NCBI GenBank assembly: GCA_964399865.1
Contig: CAYNRJ010000001.1
Coordinates: 475,984-539,983, forward strand
Direction: 5' to 3'
Origin: an uncultured Candidatus Saccharibacteria bacterium
GTDB taxonomy: Bacteria; Patescibacteriota; Minisyncoccia; Phycocordibacterales; UBA2100
Length of the DNA stretch: 64,000 nucleotides
Position 1 is the first letter of the stretch; the number at the start of each line of letters is the position of its first letter. Both the position numbers and the translations under genes were made by a program. Under the pieces are notes generated by a model, which saw only the letters and a list, made by a program, of their open reading frames with translations, did not search any database and was not told the DNA's origin. Below are positions 9,567-19,042 of this stretch, in pieces.

Positions 9567-10163
9567 TTAATGACCGACGAGATTTCGGATTGCAGCAGAT
9601 GAACTGAGTACGAACTGATTCGGAAGTACTGCGACGTTCACGTTCACCGCGAGACTGACCTTTACGAATCGAACGCTTGTCCAGTTGGCGAAATTCGTTA
9701 TCTCAGAGCCGAGCTCATCATAGTACCTGAACGTGGCGAGTCCTTGTGCGGTGTTGCGAACATATTGTCCAAGAACTGATGCGGATTCAACGCCGGTGTA
9801 ATCAGGTGGATTTCCCGTTGGCTCCAGAACTCCTCGCATGAGGTTTGTTCCTGAGATGTAGTAGTGCACACGTTCAATCGTCGGATCATTGTCTATGTCC
9901 GCGTAAAAAATGAAATCGTTCGCGCCGATCGAATGAATCGGGAATGCGCCCTGACTTGAGTATGCCGCTTCGCGAATTGTTCTCACCGACTGCTCGAGTG
10001 CACGCTGACCTGTTGTGACCGCTTCTGCTTGTTCGATCGTGTATGCATTCGTTCGATAGAAATATAAGAGCGTCGAAACTATCGCGAGCATCACCATTGT
10101 GAATACTGAGATCCATACTAAGACTTCAATGAATGTCATCCCTCGCTCGTGTTCGTATCTCAT
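9567..10163 (-). CDS. Prepilin-type N-terminal cleavage/methylation domain protein (pseudopilin)
   Basis: 'GMTFIEVLVWISVFTMVMLAI' is a class III signal (G-FTLIE-like); 198 aa. Confidence 0.7.
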   Translation of the reverse strand: MRYEHERGMTFIEVLVWISVFTMVMLAIVSTLLYFYRTNAYTIEQAEAVTTGQRALEQSVRTIREAAYSSQGAFPIHSIGANDFIFYADIDNDPTIERVHYYISGTNLMRGVLEPTGNPPDYTGVESASVLGQYVRNTAQGLATFRYYDELGSEITNFANWTSVRFVKVSLAVNVNVAVLPNQFVLSSSAAIRNLVGH

Positions 10164-11923
10164 AGCGAAGGCAACACTACTGATAATTGGGACTCATTAG
10201 ATACAGTGACCGCACTACTCTCGTACGTCTGATAGCCGGCCTTCGAAACGCTGATCGAATAGGTTGCCGTTTCGAGATCATTAAAGAATGTTTGCCCGCA
10301 TGACGAGGTGGTGAGTGTCGTGTCATATCCTGTTTTGTATAGTCGTACAGATGCTCCTTCGAGAAGGCTTCCCGTATTTGAACGTACATCTACTAGTAGA
10401 GTGTTATCCGTGTATGGGAGGAGGTACAGACGCGTGGTCTGAGAGCCTCCTGGCGTCAAAACTTCTGGCTGAGGGTTACACGAGCCCGCGAGATTGAAGC
10501 CTGTTGTTGTCGCAATTCCGAGTTGGTATGTATCCGCTTCGATACCAGAGAGGACAATCGATGCGCCTGCACCACTGTCATGCGTCGTATTGTATTTGTA
10601 CACGGTCGGACTATTCCCGATCGTCTTCGATCCTCGCATAGAGAATGACTGATTTGGAAGAGCCTCTGGCCCTGACCTGTAGGAAACACTCCACGACTCA
10701 AGTGAAGGTGTAACATCTGGATCATCTGTAAGTAACTCTGCACCAAATCGCAGACTCGTATACGTCCCATGTGGGATCGCGGAGATGTCGATCGGCGAAG
10801 TACTGAAGCCCGCACTATTTCCCGACAAGACCGCGTCCGGAATGAGATTGTCGGTGGTATCGTACACGCGGTACAAAATATCTGTCTGTGCGGGAGTTGT
10901 ATCTTCAAATGAAATAGAATCCCAACCTACGAGCAAATTAGGTGTGAGTGTTACCGAACGCACAGAGCCAGGTGAAACGTATGGAGCCCCACCTGCCAAG
11001 ACCACTTCCCCACCTGAAATATCCGCGCTTGTTGTTGCGGAGACCAAACTCGCATCAGCAAATGAATCATCCCAAGTTCGCACAACATATTGCATGTATG
11101 TCTCGATCGTTTTCGTCGCGGTGAGATCAATTGTAAATGTTGCCGATGTTGTTTGATCATTCACGACAGTCACGTGACGCGGAGTTGGATTTGGGTTTGA
11201 AACACTTACTGGATATGTTTGCGCTGTTGAATATCCTGGCTTTGAAACGGTAATCTGATAATTACTTGCCGCGGGGGCCCCGATGAATGAAACAATTCCT
11301 GCGACATTCGTATACGTCCTGATACTTATCGGGGGTACGGTCCCTGTGTTGATGATATCGATCTGCGCACTTGAAACCGGAATCGCTGCTTCATTTACCA
11401 CACTCACCGTAAGGACTCCCCCCGCAACCGCTGTCTCAACGCCAACAGGTGAAACACGTCCCACGAGTTCCAGGCTTCTCTCACCATTCCTAGAGGTCCA
11501 GGAAACATCGACGCGAATCGTCTTGTAGTCAGCAATAATATCGTTCTCATCAAGAGCCCCGAGACCATCGGCAGGGTCGTCTGAATAAATGACAGAGGTG
11601 CGTCTTGTGTAGGGCACTTCGTTCCACGTAACTGTTTCAGTCTGAGGAACTATGCCCGCGGGAATACCTCCAACGACTCCAATCTGAGGATACGAAAGTG
11701 AACGAAGATACTCCATGCGCTCATTTAATAGAGCAATGGCGCCAGCACGCGTTTTGTTATTCGTAACAACCTCAAGAGAATATTGGAATACCGCCGTTAT
11801 GCCCGCAAAGACTACGAGCATGAGAGCGATCGCAACCATCGAGTCGAGGAGCGTTGCACCTTTTTCTCCAGAGTCCGCAGGAATTATTTTGAATTTCTTT
11901 TGCATAGCTAGGAGCGTACGCAC
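10160..11923 (-). CDS. Large pilin-like protein with a prepilin-like N-terminus and beta-rich extracellular domains
   Basis: 'GATLLDSMVAIALMLVVFAGI' pilin-like N-terminal helix; 587 aa, Thr/Ser/Val-rich; 4-nt overlap with the downstream pseudopilin gene (operon coupling). Confidence 0.55.
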   Translation of the reverse strand: MRTLLAMQKKFKIIPADSGEKGATLLDSMVAIALMLVVFAGITAVFQYSLEVVTNNKTRAGAIALLNERMEYLRSLSYPQIGVVGGIPAGIVPQTETVTWNEVPYTRRTSVIYSDDPADGLGALDENDIIADYKTIRVDVSWTSRNGERSLELVGRVSPVGVETAVAGGVLTVSVVNEAAIPVSSAQIDIINTGTVPPISIRTYTNVAGIVSFIGAPAASNYQITVSKPGYSTAQTYPVSVSNPNPTPRHVTVVNDQTTSATFTIDLTATKTIETYMQYVVRTWDDSFADASLVSATTSADISGGEVVLAGGAPYVSPGSVRSVTLTPNLLVGWDSISFEDTTPAQTDILYRVYDTTDNLIPDAVLSGNSAGFSTSPIDISAIPHGTYTSLRFGAELLTDDPDVTPSLESWSVSYRSGPEALPNQSFSMRGSKTIGNSPTVYKYNTTHDSGAGASIVLSGIEADTYQLGIATTTGFNLAGSCNPQPEVLTPGGSQTTRLYLLPYTDNTLLVDVRSNTGSLLEGASVRLYKTGYDTTLTTSSCGQTFFNDLETATYSISVSKAGYQTYESSAVTVSNESQLSVVLPSL

Positions 11924-11930
11924 GTACCAG

Positions 11931-13151
11931 CTATCCGATGTTTTCCGACAAAGAGTAGATAGGCGAAATCATCGATATCGCGAAGAACCCGACAGCGCCT
12001 CCGATGAAAAGCATGAGGAGGGGTTCAACAATTGTTGAGAGATCTTTTGTTTTTCGATCTACCTCATCTTCGTAGAAGCCTGCAAGACGTTTCAACATTT
12101 CAGTTACTTCTCCGGTCTCTTCTCCGACTGCCATCATCTCCCCCACGAACGCAGGGTAGAGATCTTCGCGACGCGTGAATGCAGTAGAGAGCGGCTGACC
12201 TTGCGAGACATTTGTGCGAGCCGTTTTGATAACCTCTCTGAAGTAAGAATTTTGGACAACTTCGCCTGCGATATCAAGGGAGGCTAGAACATCGACTCCA
12301 GATGAGAGCAGGGATGCGAGCGTGCGAGCAGTGCGGGCTGCATTCACTTCGCGCACCATTGGACCTATGAGTGGCATTTTCAAAAAGAAAATATCTTTAA
12401 TCCGCTTCCCGATAACGGTGCGGCCGCCCATATAGAACGCGCCGCAAAAGGTGACGAGACCAAAAAGTGCGAGCACTGTGTATTCAACGAGAATATTACT
12501 GATCGTAATGATGAGTTGAGTCGAGGCTGGCAATTCCGCATTCATTTCTGCAAAAGTCTGCGCAAGCGTTGGCACGACGTTCACCATCATGAACGCGCCG
12601 ATACCAAAAATCGCAACGACAACAACTGCTGGATACATGAGAGCGCTGCGAATTTTTTTCTTTAACTGATACATGCGCTCCATCTGATCGCCGATTGTCG
12701 CAAGCGCGCCCGAGAGGTCTCCGCTCTCTTCCCCTGCTCGCACCATGGCGACGAACAACTTACTGAACACGTGCGGGAATTTACCGAGTGATTGATGGAG
12801 AGTATCTCCTCGCCGCACATTGGCCGCGATCTCGGAGATGACATGCCCGAGTTTCGGATTCTTCATTTGTCGCTCGAGAACGGAAAGCGCACGCGCGAGA
12901 GCAAGTCCGGCAGCGAGCATTGCGCCTAGATTGCGCGCAAATAATATTTTGTCGTACTCCTTAACACTCCCGATCCTCGAACTCCAGTATGCGAGGCTCC
13001 ACATCTTCTGCCCACCTTCTTCGGACATCGCGACGAGTCGTCCACCCTCTTTTCTCAAAACTTCGTACAACTCAAAACGATCACGTGCTTCCGCGACACC
13101 TTTATATACTTCACCGTCCGTCTTTTCGGCGGTATAGACGTACCGAGTCAT
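11931..13151 (-). CDS. pilC: Type IV pilus assembly platform protein PilC / GspF family
   Basis: 406 aa; two GspF repeats and polytopic membrane regions (e.g. 'PLSTAFTRREDLYPAFVGEMMAVGEETG', 'DLSGALATIGDQMER'). Confidence 0.8.
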   Translation of the reverse strand: MTRYVYTAEKTDGEVYKGVAEARDRFELYEVLRKEGGRLVAMSEEGGQKMWSLAYWSSRIGSVKEYDKILFARNLGAMLAAGLALARALSVLERQMKNPKLGHVISEIAANVRRGDTLHQSLGKFPHVFSKLFVAMVRAGEESGDLSGALATIGDQMERMYQLKKKIRSALMYPAVVVVAIFGIGAFMMVNVVPTLAQTFAEMNAELPASTQLIITISNILVEYTVLALFGLVTFCGAFYMGGRTVIGKRIKDIFFLKMPLIGPMVREVNAARTARTLASLLSSGVDVLASLDIAGEVVQNSYFREVIKTARTNVSQGQPLSTAFTRREDLYPAFVGEMMAVGEETGEVTEMLKRLAGFYEDEVDRKTKDLSTIVEPLLMLFIGGAVGFFAISMISPIYSLSENIG

Positions 13152-13252
13152 TCAATTAATTATAGCGCGCAAAATCTCAAAGAAATGTCTGATGCAAAAT
13201 AAATGTGCAAACATTGAAATGCATTTTCAAATTCAAAAGCGAGGGGTACTGC

Positions 13253-13333
13253 TCTCTGAGGGTCTTCGCAGGCGCGACGGCGCCGAGACCGAGCGCTGCA
13301 CCAGCAGGCGCAGATAGCGACCCGAGGAGAGTA
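13253..13333. repeat. GC-rich ~80-nt intergenic element, copy B
   Basis: Near-identical to 8025-8103; terminal stem here is CTCTC/GAGAG, a compensatory change relative to copy A; lies between pilC and pilB. Confidence 0.7.
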
Positions 13334-13350
13334 GTACTCTGAGCGCCCCC

Positions 13351-15120
13351 CTATTCAGAAATAACGCGGAGCACCTCTTCAATCGAAGTAAGGCCTTGTG
13401 CTGCTTTGAAGATTCCGTCTTCTGCCATTGTGAGCATCCCTTCGCTCTTCGCTTGCTTCTCGACTTCCGCCGCAGTTGCACTCTTCATCACGAGCTCTCG
13501 AATGGTTGGAGTGACTGATAGAATTTCGTAAATACCCTTTCGTCCTGCGTATCCTGTTGGACTTTGCGCACTTTCCTTTGGACGATAGAACGGTACGTTT
13601 TTCCATGTCGCATCTTTTGAAACAACTTTTTCTTCCTTGAGCGCACGAAGAACCGCACCTGTATCTATCATCTTTTCTAAATGAGCCTGCTCGTCGCGCG
13701 AGAGTTCGTACTTCTCTTTCTCGGGAGTAAGGACTCGCACAAGACGCTGACCAATTGCGATGCGGAGAGTTGAGACCAAGAGAAATGGCTCGACTCCCAT
13801 ATCTAGTAGACGCGGTATAGCTCCCGCAGCGGAGTTCGTGTGGAGTGTCGAGAGGACGAGGTGACCTGTGAGGGCGGCGTTAATAGCAAGAGAGGCAGTC
13901 TCCTTATCGCGGATTTCTCCCACCATCACGATGTCTGGGTCCTGACGCACGAGAGAGCGGAGACCGTTGGCAAATGTGAATCCGATCTCAGGACGAACTT
14001 GCGTCTGATTTATTCGTTTCATCTGGTATTCGATAGGATCCTCGATCGTTGAGATGTTTACGTTCGGCGTATTTACGATATCGAGGAGCGTGTAGAGCGT
14101 CGTTGATTTACCAGCGCCTGTCGGACCACAGGCGAGCACCATTCCTGTCGTTGCGCGCATCGCTTCGTGCATGCGATCGAGTCCTACCCCATGAATACCT
14201 ATAGATTCCAATGTGAAACCTGAGATCGAGTCCCGCAGGAGTCGCATGACGATTTTCTCTCCGTAATACGTTGGAAGGACAGAAACACGGAACGAAATTT
14301 TCTCGCCAGCGGACTCTGCTCCGAAACGTCCGTCCTGTGGCAGGCGATGCTCGTCGAGACGCATGCTCGCTAACACTTTTATGCGCGCAGTGATCGCGGC
14401 GGCAGCATGCTTCGGCAGCTCCATTGCGTCGTGAAGAATGCCGTCGATGCGGTAGCGTATAAGTAGAGCGGTTTCCATCGGCTCAATATGTATATCTGAT
14501 GCACCTTGGGCATTCGCGTGACGGATAAGAGTATCAACGACACGCACCGCCGACGCACCCTCAGCCATCTGACGGAGGTCTTCTTCTTTTGTCGGCGCTC
14601 CTCCTTTCTCAAGTGCGGCCATTTCGCGCTCGATCACAGAGCCAAGATTATCCTTGAGCCCCTGCTGATACTGCTTCAGCGCGTATTTGATACTCGCATC
14701 ATCCGTAAGACGTGGGAGGATCTTGAGCCGTGTCTTCTTTTTTATGAAATCGATCGCGGCAAGATCATCGGTATCAAGCATCGCAACCTCAAGCTCATCG
14801 CCGCGGTGACTGTACGCGATGATGTTGTTACGTCGTGCGATAGGCTCGGGAACTAAAGAAAGTGTTTCGTATTTGATGTCAGTTCCCGTGAGAGCGACGA
14901 AAGGAATTCCGAGAATGTACGCGTACGTTCGGCGGAGTTCATCCTCCCCTATTACATTGTGCGCCTTTAAAATGTCGCCAACTGGTTTACCAGATTCTTT
15001 TGCCTCTTTTTCTGCGCTATCAAATGCTTTTGCAGAAACTAACCCTGCATCAGAGAGAAATGATTTGAGATGAGTGTCGCTTATATACATAGCGCTGGTT
15101 TCATTAAAAGTATACCTCAT
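13351..15120 (-). CDS. pilB: Type IV pilus assembly ATPase PilB (GspE family) with N-terminal GSPII_E_N domain
   Basis: 589 aa; Walker A 'GPTGAGKSTT', 'DIVMVGEIRD' Walker B/Asp box, His box, C-terminal tetracysteine-like region. Confidence 0.85.
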   Translation of the reverse strand: MRYTFNETSAMYISDTHLKSFLSDAGLVSAKAFDSAEKEAKESGKPVGDILKAHNVIGEDELRRTYAYILGIPFVALTGTDIKYETLSLVPEPIARRNNIIAYSHRGDELEVAMLDTDDLAAIDFIKKKTRLKILPRLTDDASIKYALKQYQQGLKDNLGSVIEREMAALEKGGAPTKEEDLRQMAEGASAVRVVDTLIRHANAQGASDIHIEPMETALLIRYRIDGILHDAMELPKHAAAAITARIKVLASMRLDEHRLPQDGRFGAESAGEKISFRVSVLPTYYGEKIVMRLLRDSISGFTLESIGIHGVGLDRMHEAMRATTGMVLACGPTGAGKSTTLYTLLDIVNTPNVNISTIEDPIEYQMKRINQTQVRPEIGFTFANGLRSLVRQDPDIVMVGEIRDKETASLAINAALTGHLVLSTLHTNSAAGAIPRLLDMGVEPFLLVSTLRIAIGQRLVRVLTPEKEKYELSRDEQAHLEKMIDTGAVLRALKEEKVVSKDATWKNVPFYRPKESAQSPTGYAGRKGIYEILSVTPTIRELVMKSATAAEVEKQAKSEGMLTMAEDGIFKAAQGLTSIEEVLRVISE

Positions 15121-15160
15121 TGAATCTCTCTATCTTTTTCCACATGGCATACTAGTGGGT

Positions 15161-16459
15161 ATGTACGAAGGACCTGAGAAATCTTTTCCAAAGAAGACCG
15201 GGAAAGAGCACTTGCGAGGCCTTCCGAAAGTAGGTGTCCGAGGCATCGTCAGTAAAGTCGCCTCTCCTCTCTTACTTAAAGCGATTAATAAACATCGAGA
15301 AAAGGCTGCAAAAGCCCTCAAGGAGGGCCAGCGTTTCCCGGACCAATCGGAGCGGGCGCTTATTGATGCCGTTAACGAGATGCTTGCAGGAGAATTCGCT
15401 CGCTTAAGGCGCACGTCGGAAGGCATGGGACGTTACGAACCTTTGCAATATGAACAGGTTCACGTCGTGAGTGGAACTGAGGCGCTTGGAGAAGATTTTT
15501 TCTCGAAGACATACGGTCTCCACCACTCACTTACAGATGTCATTACCCTCGCAGAAAAGACAGAGCTAGAAAGTAAACTCCACTTCCTCACGCATGAGGC
15601 GGTGCATTCCTCGGCATTTGTAACTCACGGTGTCACCCCCCCTTGGGGTTCCAAGGAAAGGAAGAAAGCCGATATGAGTTCGCGAAGCGGATACAACATC
15701 GATGACGCTCGGCAGCGCGGCATGCTCTCCGCCTCAGACGGATCATTTTTGAGCTTTAATGAAGCCGTCGTCGAATCTATCACCCAGAGATTGCTCGCGC
15801 AGCATGCGCAAAAGCTTGCGGGCATCATTCCGAGCATCGATCTACAGAAATTACTACAAGCCGGCGAAAATACATATCGAACTGAGCGCAAAATCCTCGA
15901 CGTATTCATTGAAGAGACGGCAAAAAGAACAGGGGAGGACACCTCTCTCATACGCGAGCGAATTGAGCGGGAGCATTTTGGCGGACACATGATGCACATT
16001 CGCACCATCGAACGCGCCTGCGGCGAGAATTCCGTACTATTACTCTCTCTCTTTAACGGGTACTTTTCGAACAAAGAGGAAGCCCCGGAGCAAGTTAGAC
16101 AATTTTTAGCGACTCCAGTCCCTCGAAAGCGCTATCGCCTCGCGCGATCAATACTCCTAATTGATGATTTTGCCGACTATGTCGAACGAGCTGATTGGAG
16201 AAGCATACGTGCATTTTTGCGACGTCCTCTGCCCACTATGAAAGATGGGGGGTTCGAACGGGATTCCCGGGATACCATCGAGCGGATATATGCAAAACTT
16301 CAGGCCGTAGAGGTGCTAATGGATGGGGAAGTAAGAAAATCGGATGAGCTATTCCGAGCTGTTCGCAACGATGAAGCCGAGGTAATGTCTAAAGTCCGAG
16401 CCTACGAAGCCGTCTTTGGACCAATCGAGCTGCCCGAGCGCCCCTTGCTTGACTTTTAA
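15161..16459 (+). CDS. Hypothetical cytoplasmic protein with an HExxH (HEAVH) motif
   Basis: ORF 15074..16459 trimmed to MYEGPEK to avoid overlap with the pilB start; 'LTHEAVHSSAF' could be a zinc-metallopeptidase-like motif; no other recognisable domain. Confidence 0.4.
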   Translation: MYEGPEKSFPKKTGKEHLRGLPKVGVRGIVSKVASPLLLKAINKHREKAAKALKEGQRFPDQSERALIDAVNEMLAGEFARLRRTSEGMGRYEPLQYEQVHVVSGTEALGEDFFSKTYGLHHSLTDVITLAEKTELESKLHFLTHEAVHSSAFVTHGVTPPWGSKERKKADMSSRSGYNIDDARQRGMLSASDGSFLSFNEAVVESITQRLLAQHAQKLAGIIPSIDLQKLLQAGENTYRTERKILDVFIEETAKRTGEDTSLIRERIEREHFGGHMMHIRTIERACGENSVLLLSLFNGYFSNKEEAPEQVRQFLATPVPRKRYRLARSILLIDDFADYVERADWRSIRAFLRRPLPTMKDGGFERDSRDTIERIYAKLQAVEVLMDGEVRKSDELFRAVRNDEAEVMSKVRAYEAVFGPIELPERPLLDF

Positions 16460-16549
16460 AAAACTTTACCTATACTAATCTCATTCGTTCCGGCTCCAGC
16501 CGGAATTTTCATTAGATAGCTAGGTAAATCTGGAAAACAACACAATAAT

Positions 16550-17815
16550 ATGGCACTTTTTGACCTCAAATCATTGAATTCAGCCCTCGACGAGCTCCAG
16601 CAGGAGCGCGGCATCTCGCGCGATAGCGTTGTGGATGCTCTCGCAACTGCACTCGCAGCCGCATACCGCCGTGAGTACGGAAAGCGCGGTCAAATCATTC
16701 GCGCAACCTTTAATCCTCAGACGGGCGACATGGAATTCCGTCAGGCAAAGATCGTCGTCGACAAGACTCTTGTTCGCGGTGAAGACGAGGAAGCAACAGG
16801 CGATGACGATCATCGCTCACGCTTCAATCCAGAACAGCACATCATGATCGAAGACGCTCGCCGCATTAAAAAGGATGCAGAGCTCGACGAAGAGATCTCC
16901 TTCCCACTCGAAACCCAAGAGGATTTCGGCCGTATCGCAGCTCAGGCCGCAAAACAGGTCATCATGCAGAAAGTCCGCGAAGCGGAGCGTGCATCCATCA
17001 TTTCTGAGTACGGTCAGCGCGAAGGCGAGATCGTCACCGGTCACGTGCAGCGCTTTGAACGCGGCAATCTCTATGTAGACCTCGGCCGCGCTACCGCTAT
17101 CCTCCCCTACGACGAACAGATCCCGGGCGAGAGATACCGACAAGGTGAGCGTGTGCGCGCACTCCTTCTCCGTGTTGACGAAGGACTTCGCGGCACATTC
17201 ATCCGCCTCACTCGCTCTCATCCGCGCTTCCTCGTGAAGCTTTTCGAGACTGAAGTTCCAGAAATGGCAAACGGTATCGTTGAAGCAAAGGGCGTCGTAC
17301 GCGAGCCAGGTAGCCGCGCTAAGATCGCGGTGCACTCTAAAGACGAACACGTTGATCCTGTGGGAGCTCTCGTTGGTCAGCGCGGTGTCCGCGTTGCCGT
17401 TGTGACTTCAGAACTTGGCGGAGAGAAGATCGACGTCATTGAATGGTCTGAGAATACTGGCGATTTCGTCAAAGAAGCCTTGAAGCCAGCGCAGGTTCTC
17501 AGCATCGAACTTCACGAAGACGAGAGTCGCGCAGTGGTTACAGTTGCCGAAGACCAGCAGTCTCTTGCGATTGGTCGCGGAGGCCAGAACGTGCGTCTCG
17601 CCGCTCGTCTCACAGGATGGAAGATTGATATCCGTTCAAATGGTGGCGAACAAGTTGCCGCTGCGGAAGCTGCAGGAGACGTAAAAGTCATGGAGAAAAC
17701 TGAAGAAAAGCTTGCGGATATTGCCGAATTAAAAGGTGAGATGGAAGACGAGATGGATGCAGCTGTTCCAACTCCAGCAGAAGAAAAACCTGCAGAAGAG
17801 CCTACAAAAGAATAA
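16550..17815 (+). CDS. nusA: Transcription termination/antitermination factor NusA
   Basis: 421 aa; NusA N-terminal domain, S1 domain ('GEIVTGHVQRFERGNLYVDLG'), two KH domains, acidic C-terminal tail. Confidence 0.9.
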   Translation: MALFDLKSLNSALDELQQERGISRDSVVDALATALAAAYRREYGKRGQIIRATFNPQTGDMEFRQAKIVVDKTLVRGEDEEATGDDDHRSRFNPEQHIMIEDARRIKKDAELDEEISFPLETQEDFGRIAAQAAKQVIMQKVREAERASIISEYGQREGEIVTGHVQRFERGNLYVDLGRATAILPYDEQIPGERYRQGERVRALLLRVDEGLRGTFIRLTRSHPRFLVKLFETEVPEMANGIVEAKGVVREPGSRAKIAVHSKDEHVDPVGALVGQRGVRVAVVTSELGGEKIDVIEWSENTGDFVKEALKPAQVLSIELHEDESRAVVTVAEDQQSLAIGRGGQNVRLAARLTGWKIDIRSNGGEQVAAAEAAGDVKVMEKTEEKLADIAELKGEMEDEMDAAVPTPAEEKPAEEPTKE

Positions 17816-17836
17816 ACGTTTGTATTAAAAGTCTTT

Positions 17837-17874
17837 GCGATGCGCGCGCCTCAGGTGCGCGCATCGCTTTTTTG
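17837..17874 (+). terminator. Rho-independent terminator downstream of nusA
   Basis: GCGATGCGCGCGCC-tcag-GTGCGCGCATCGC stem followed by TTTTTT. Confidence 0.8.
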
Positions 17875-17899
17875 GATCGCCCCTCGGAAGAAATCCACC

Positions 17900-18304
17900 T
17901 CATTCCCTCGCAGCTCGCCTAGCTTTACGCTCCGCTTCCGCTGCTAACTCGAGCTTCCTCTCGTCAGCCATGAGGGACAATTCGCTTGTCGTACTGATTG
18001 CCGCCCCGATCCCATAACCGACGCCGAGCAGCACCACATTCACCACCCCGAGGACAAGAAGAGAAACCTCGACTGGGGGCTCGGCAGCCCAAACACCGAT
18101 CGCAGCCCAAGTAGTGCAGACAGCGTTAGTTACCGCCAAGAGGATGACCGCAGACCACCACTTCAATCGCGATGGCGCGCCCTTCCTCAATTTCTTGGCG
18201 CTCGTACTTTCGCTCGGATCAGCACGCCTTGCATACTGCCTTGCGTACCAGAAGCCGATAGCTAATGCCGCGACGAACATCACTGCATGCGGGAGAAAAT
18301 TCAT
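17900..18304 (-). CDS. Small membrane protein (3 predicted helices, charged C-terminal tail) in a high-GC islet
   Basis: ORF 17900..18355 trimmed to MNFLPHAVMFVAALAIGFWY; local GC about 58 %, well above the flanking genes. Confidence 0.45.
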   Translation of the reverse strand: MNFLPHAVMFVAALAIGFWYARQYARRADPSESTSAKKLRKGAPSRLKWWSAVILLAVTNAVCTTWAAIGVWAAEPPVEVSLLVLGVVNVVLLGVGYGIGAAISTTSELSLMADERKLELAAEAERKARRAARE

Positions 18305-18380
18305 TGGGCGATCCTCCGTGTGCCTACCAACAGCAAACACTCTTCCTCGATTCACGTCAATCTGCTACACTCTCAGGCAT

Positions 18381-18917
18381 ATGAATCTTTGGCACGATAT
18401 ACCACTCGGCGATAACGCTCCGGAAGAATTTAATGCGATCATCGAGATCCCAAAAGGGAGTCCTAATAAGTATGAGGTGGATAAAGAAACAGGTCTCATT
18501 AAGCTCGACCGAGCCAACTATTCCTCTGCTCCATACCCATTCGATTACGGATTTGCTCCACAAACGTACTGGGAAGATAAAGACCCACTCGATGTCATCG
18601 TTCTCACCACGTTCCCTCTCGCACCAGGCATCCTTGTCACAGTCAGACCCGTTGCTGTCATCGACATGGTTGATGATGGTGATTCTGACTACAAGATCAT
18701 CGCGGTTCCTGTAAATGACAGACGCTGGGACGATGTGCGCGAACTCAAAGACCTCAATAAACATGCTCTCAAGGAATATCAGCACTTTTTCGAGACCTAT
18801 AAGCAGCTTAAGGGTAAGCCTGCCCCTGTAGAGATCCGCGGCATACTAGGAAAAGATGAGGCAATCGCAGCGGTAAAGAAATCGGTGAAGCTCTACAAGG
18901 AGAAATTCAACAAATAA
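18381..18917 (+). CDS. ppa: Inorganic pyrophosphatase (family I)
   Basis: ORF 18114..18917 trimmed to MNLWHDIP; 'NAIIEIPKGSPNKYE', 'DPLDVIVL', 'DGDSDYKIIAVPV' PPase signatures; 178 aa. Confidence 0.85.
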   Translation: MNLWHDIPLGDNAPEEFNAIIEIPKGSPNKYEVDKETGLIKLDRANYSSAPYPFDYGFAPQTYWEDKDPLDVIVLTTFPLAPGILVTVRPVAVIDMVDDGDSDYKIIAVPVNDRRWDDVRELKDLNKHALKEYQHFFETYKQLKGKPAPVEIRGILGKDEAIAAVKKSVKLYKEKFNK

Positions 18918-19042
18918 GCCTGTTTTCTGGATGTCCCCAAAGGGTAATAAGGAGCTGAATTGAACGTCATATAGGGTGTAGGATAAACACTGTATTTCAG
19001 GAGTTTCTCCTTATTACCATTAGATATCTCAATTCAATACAT

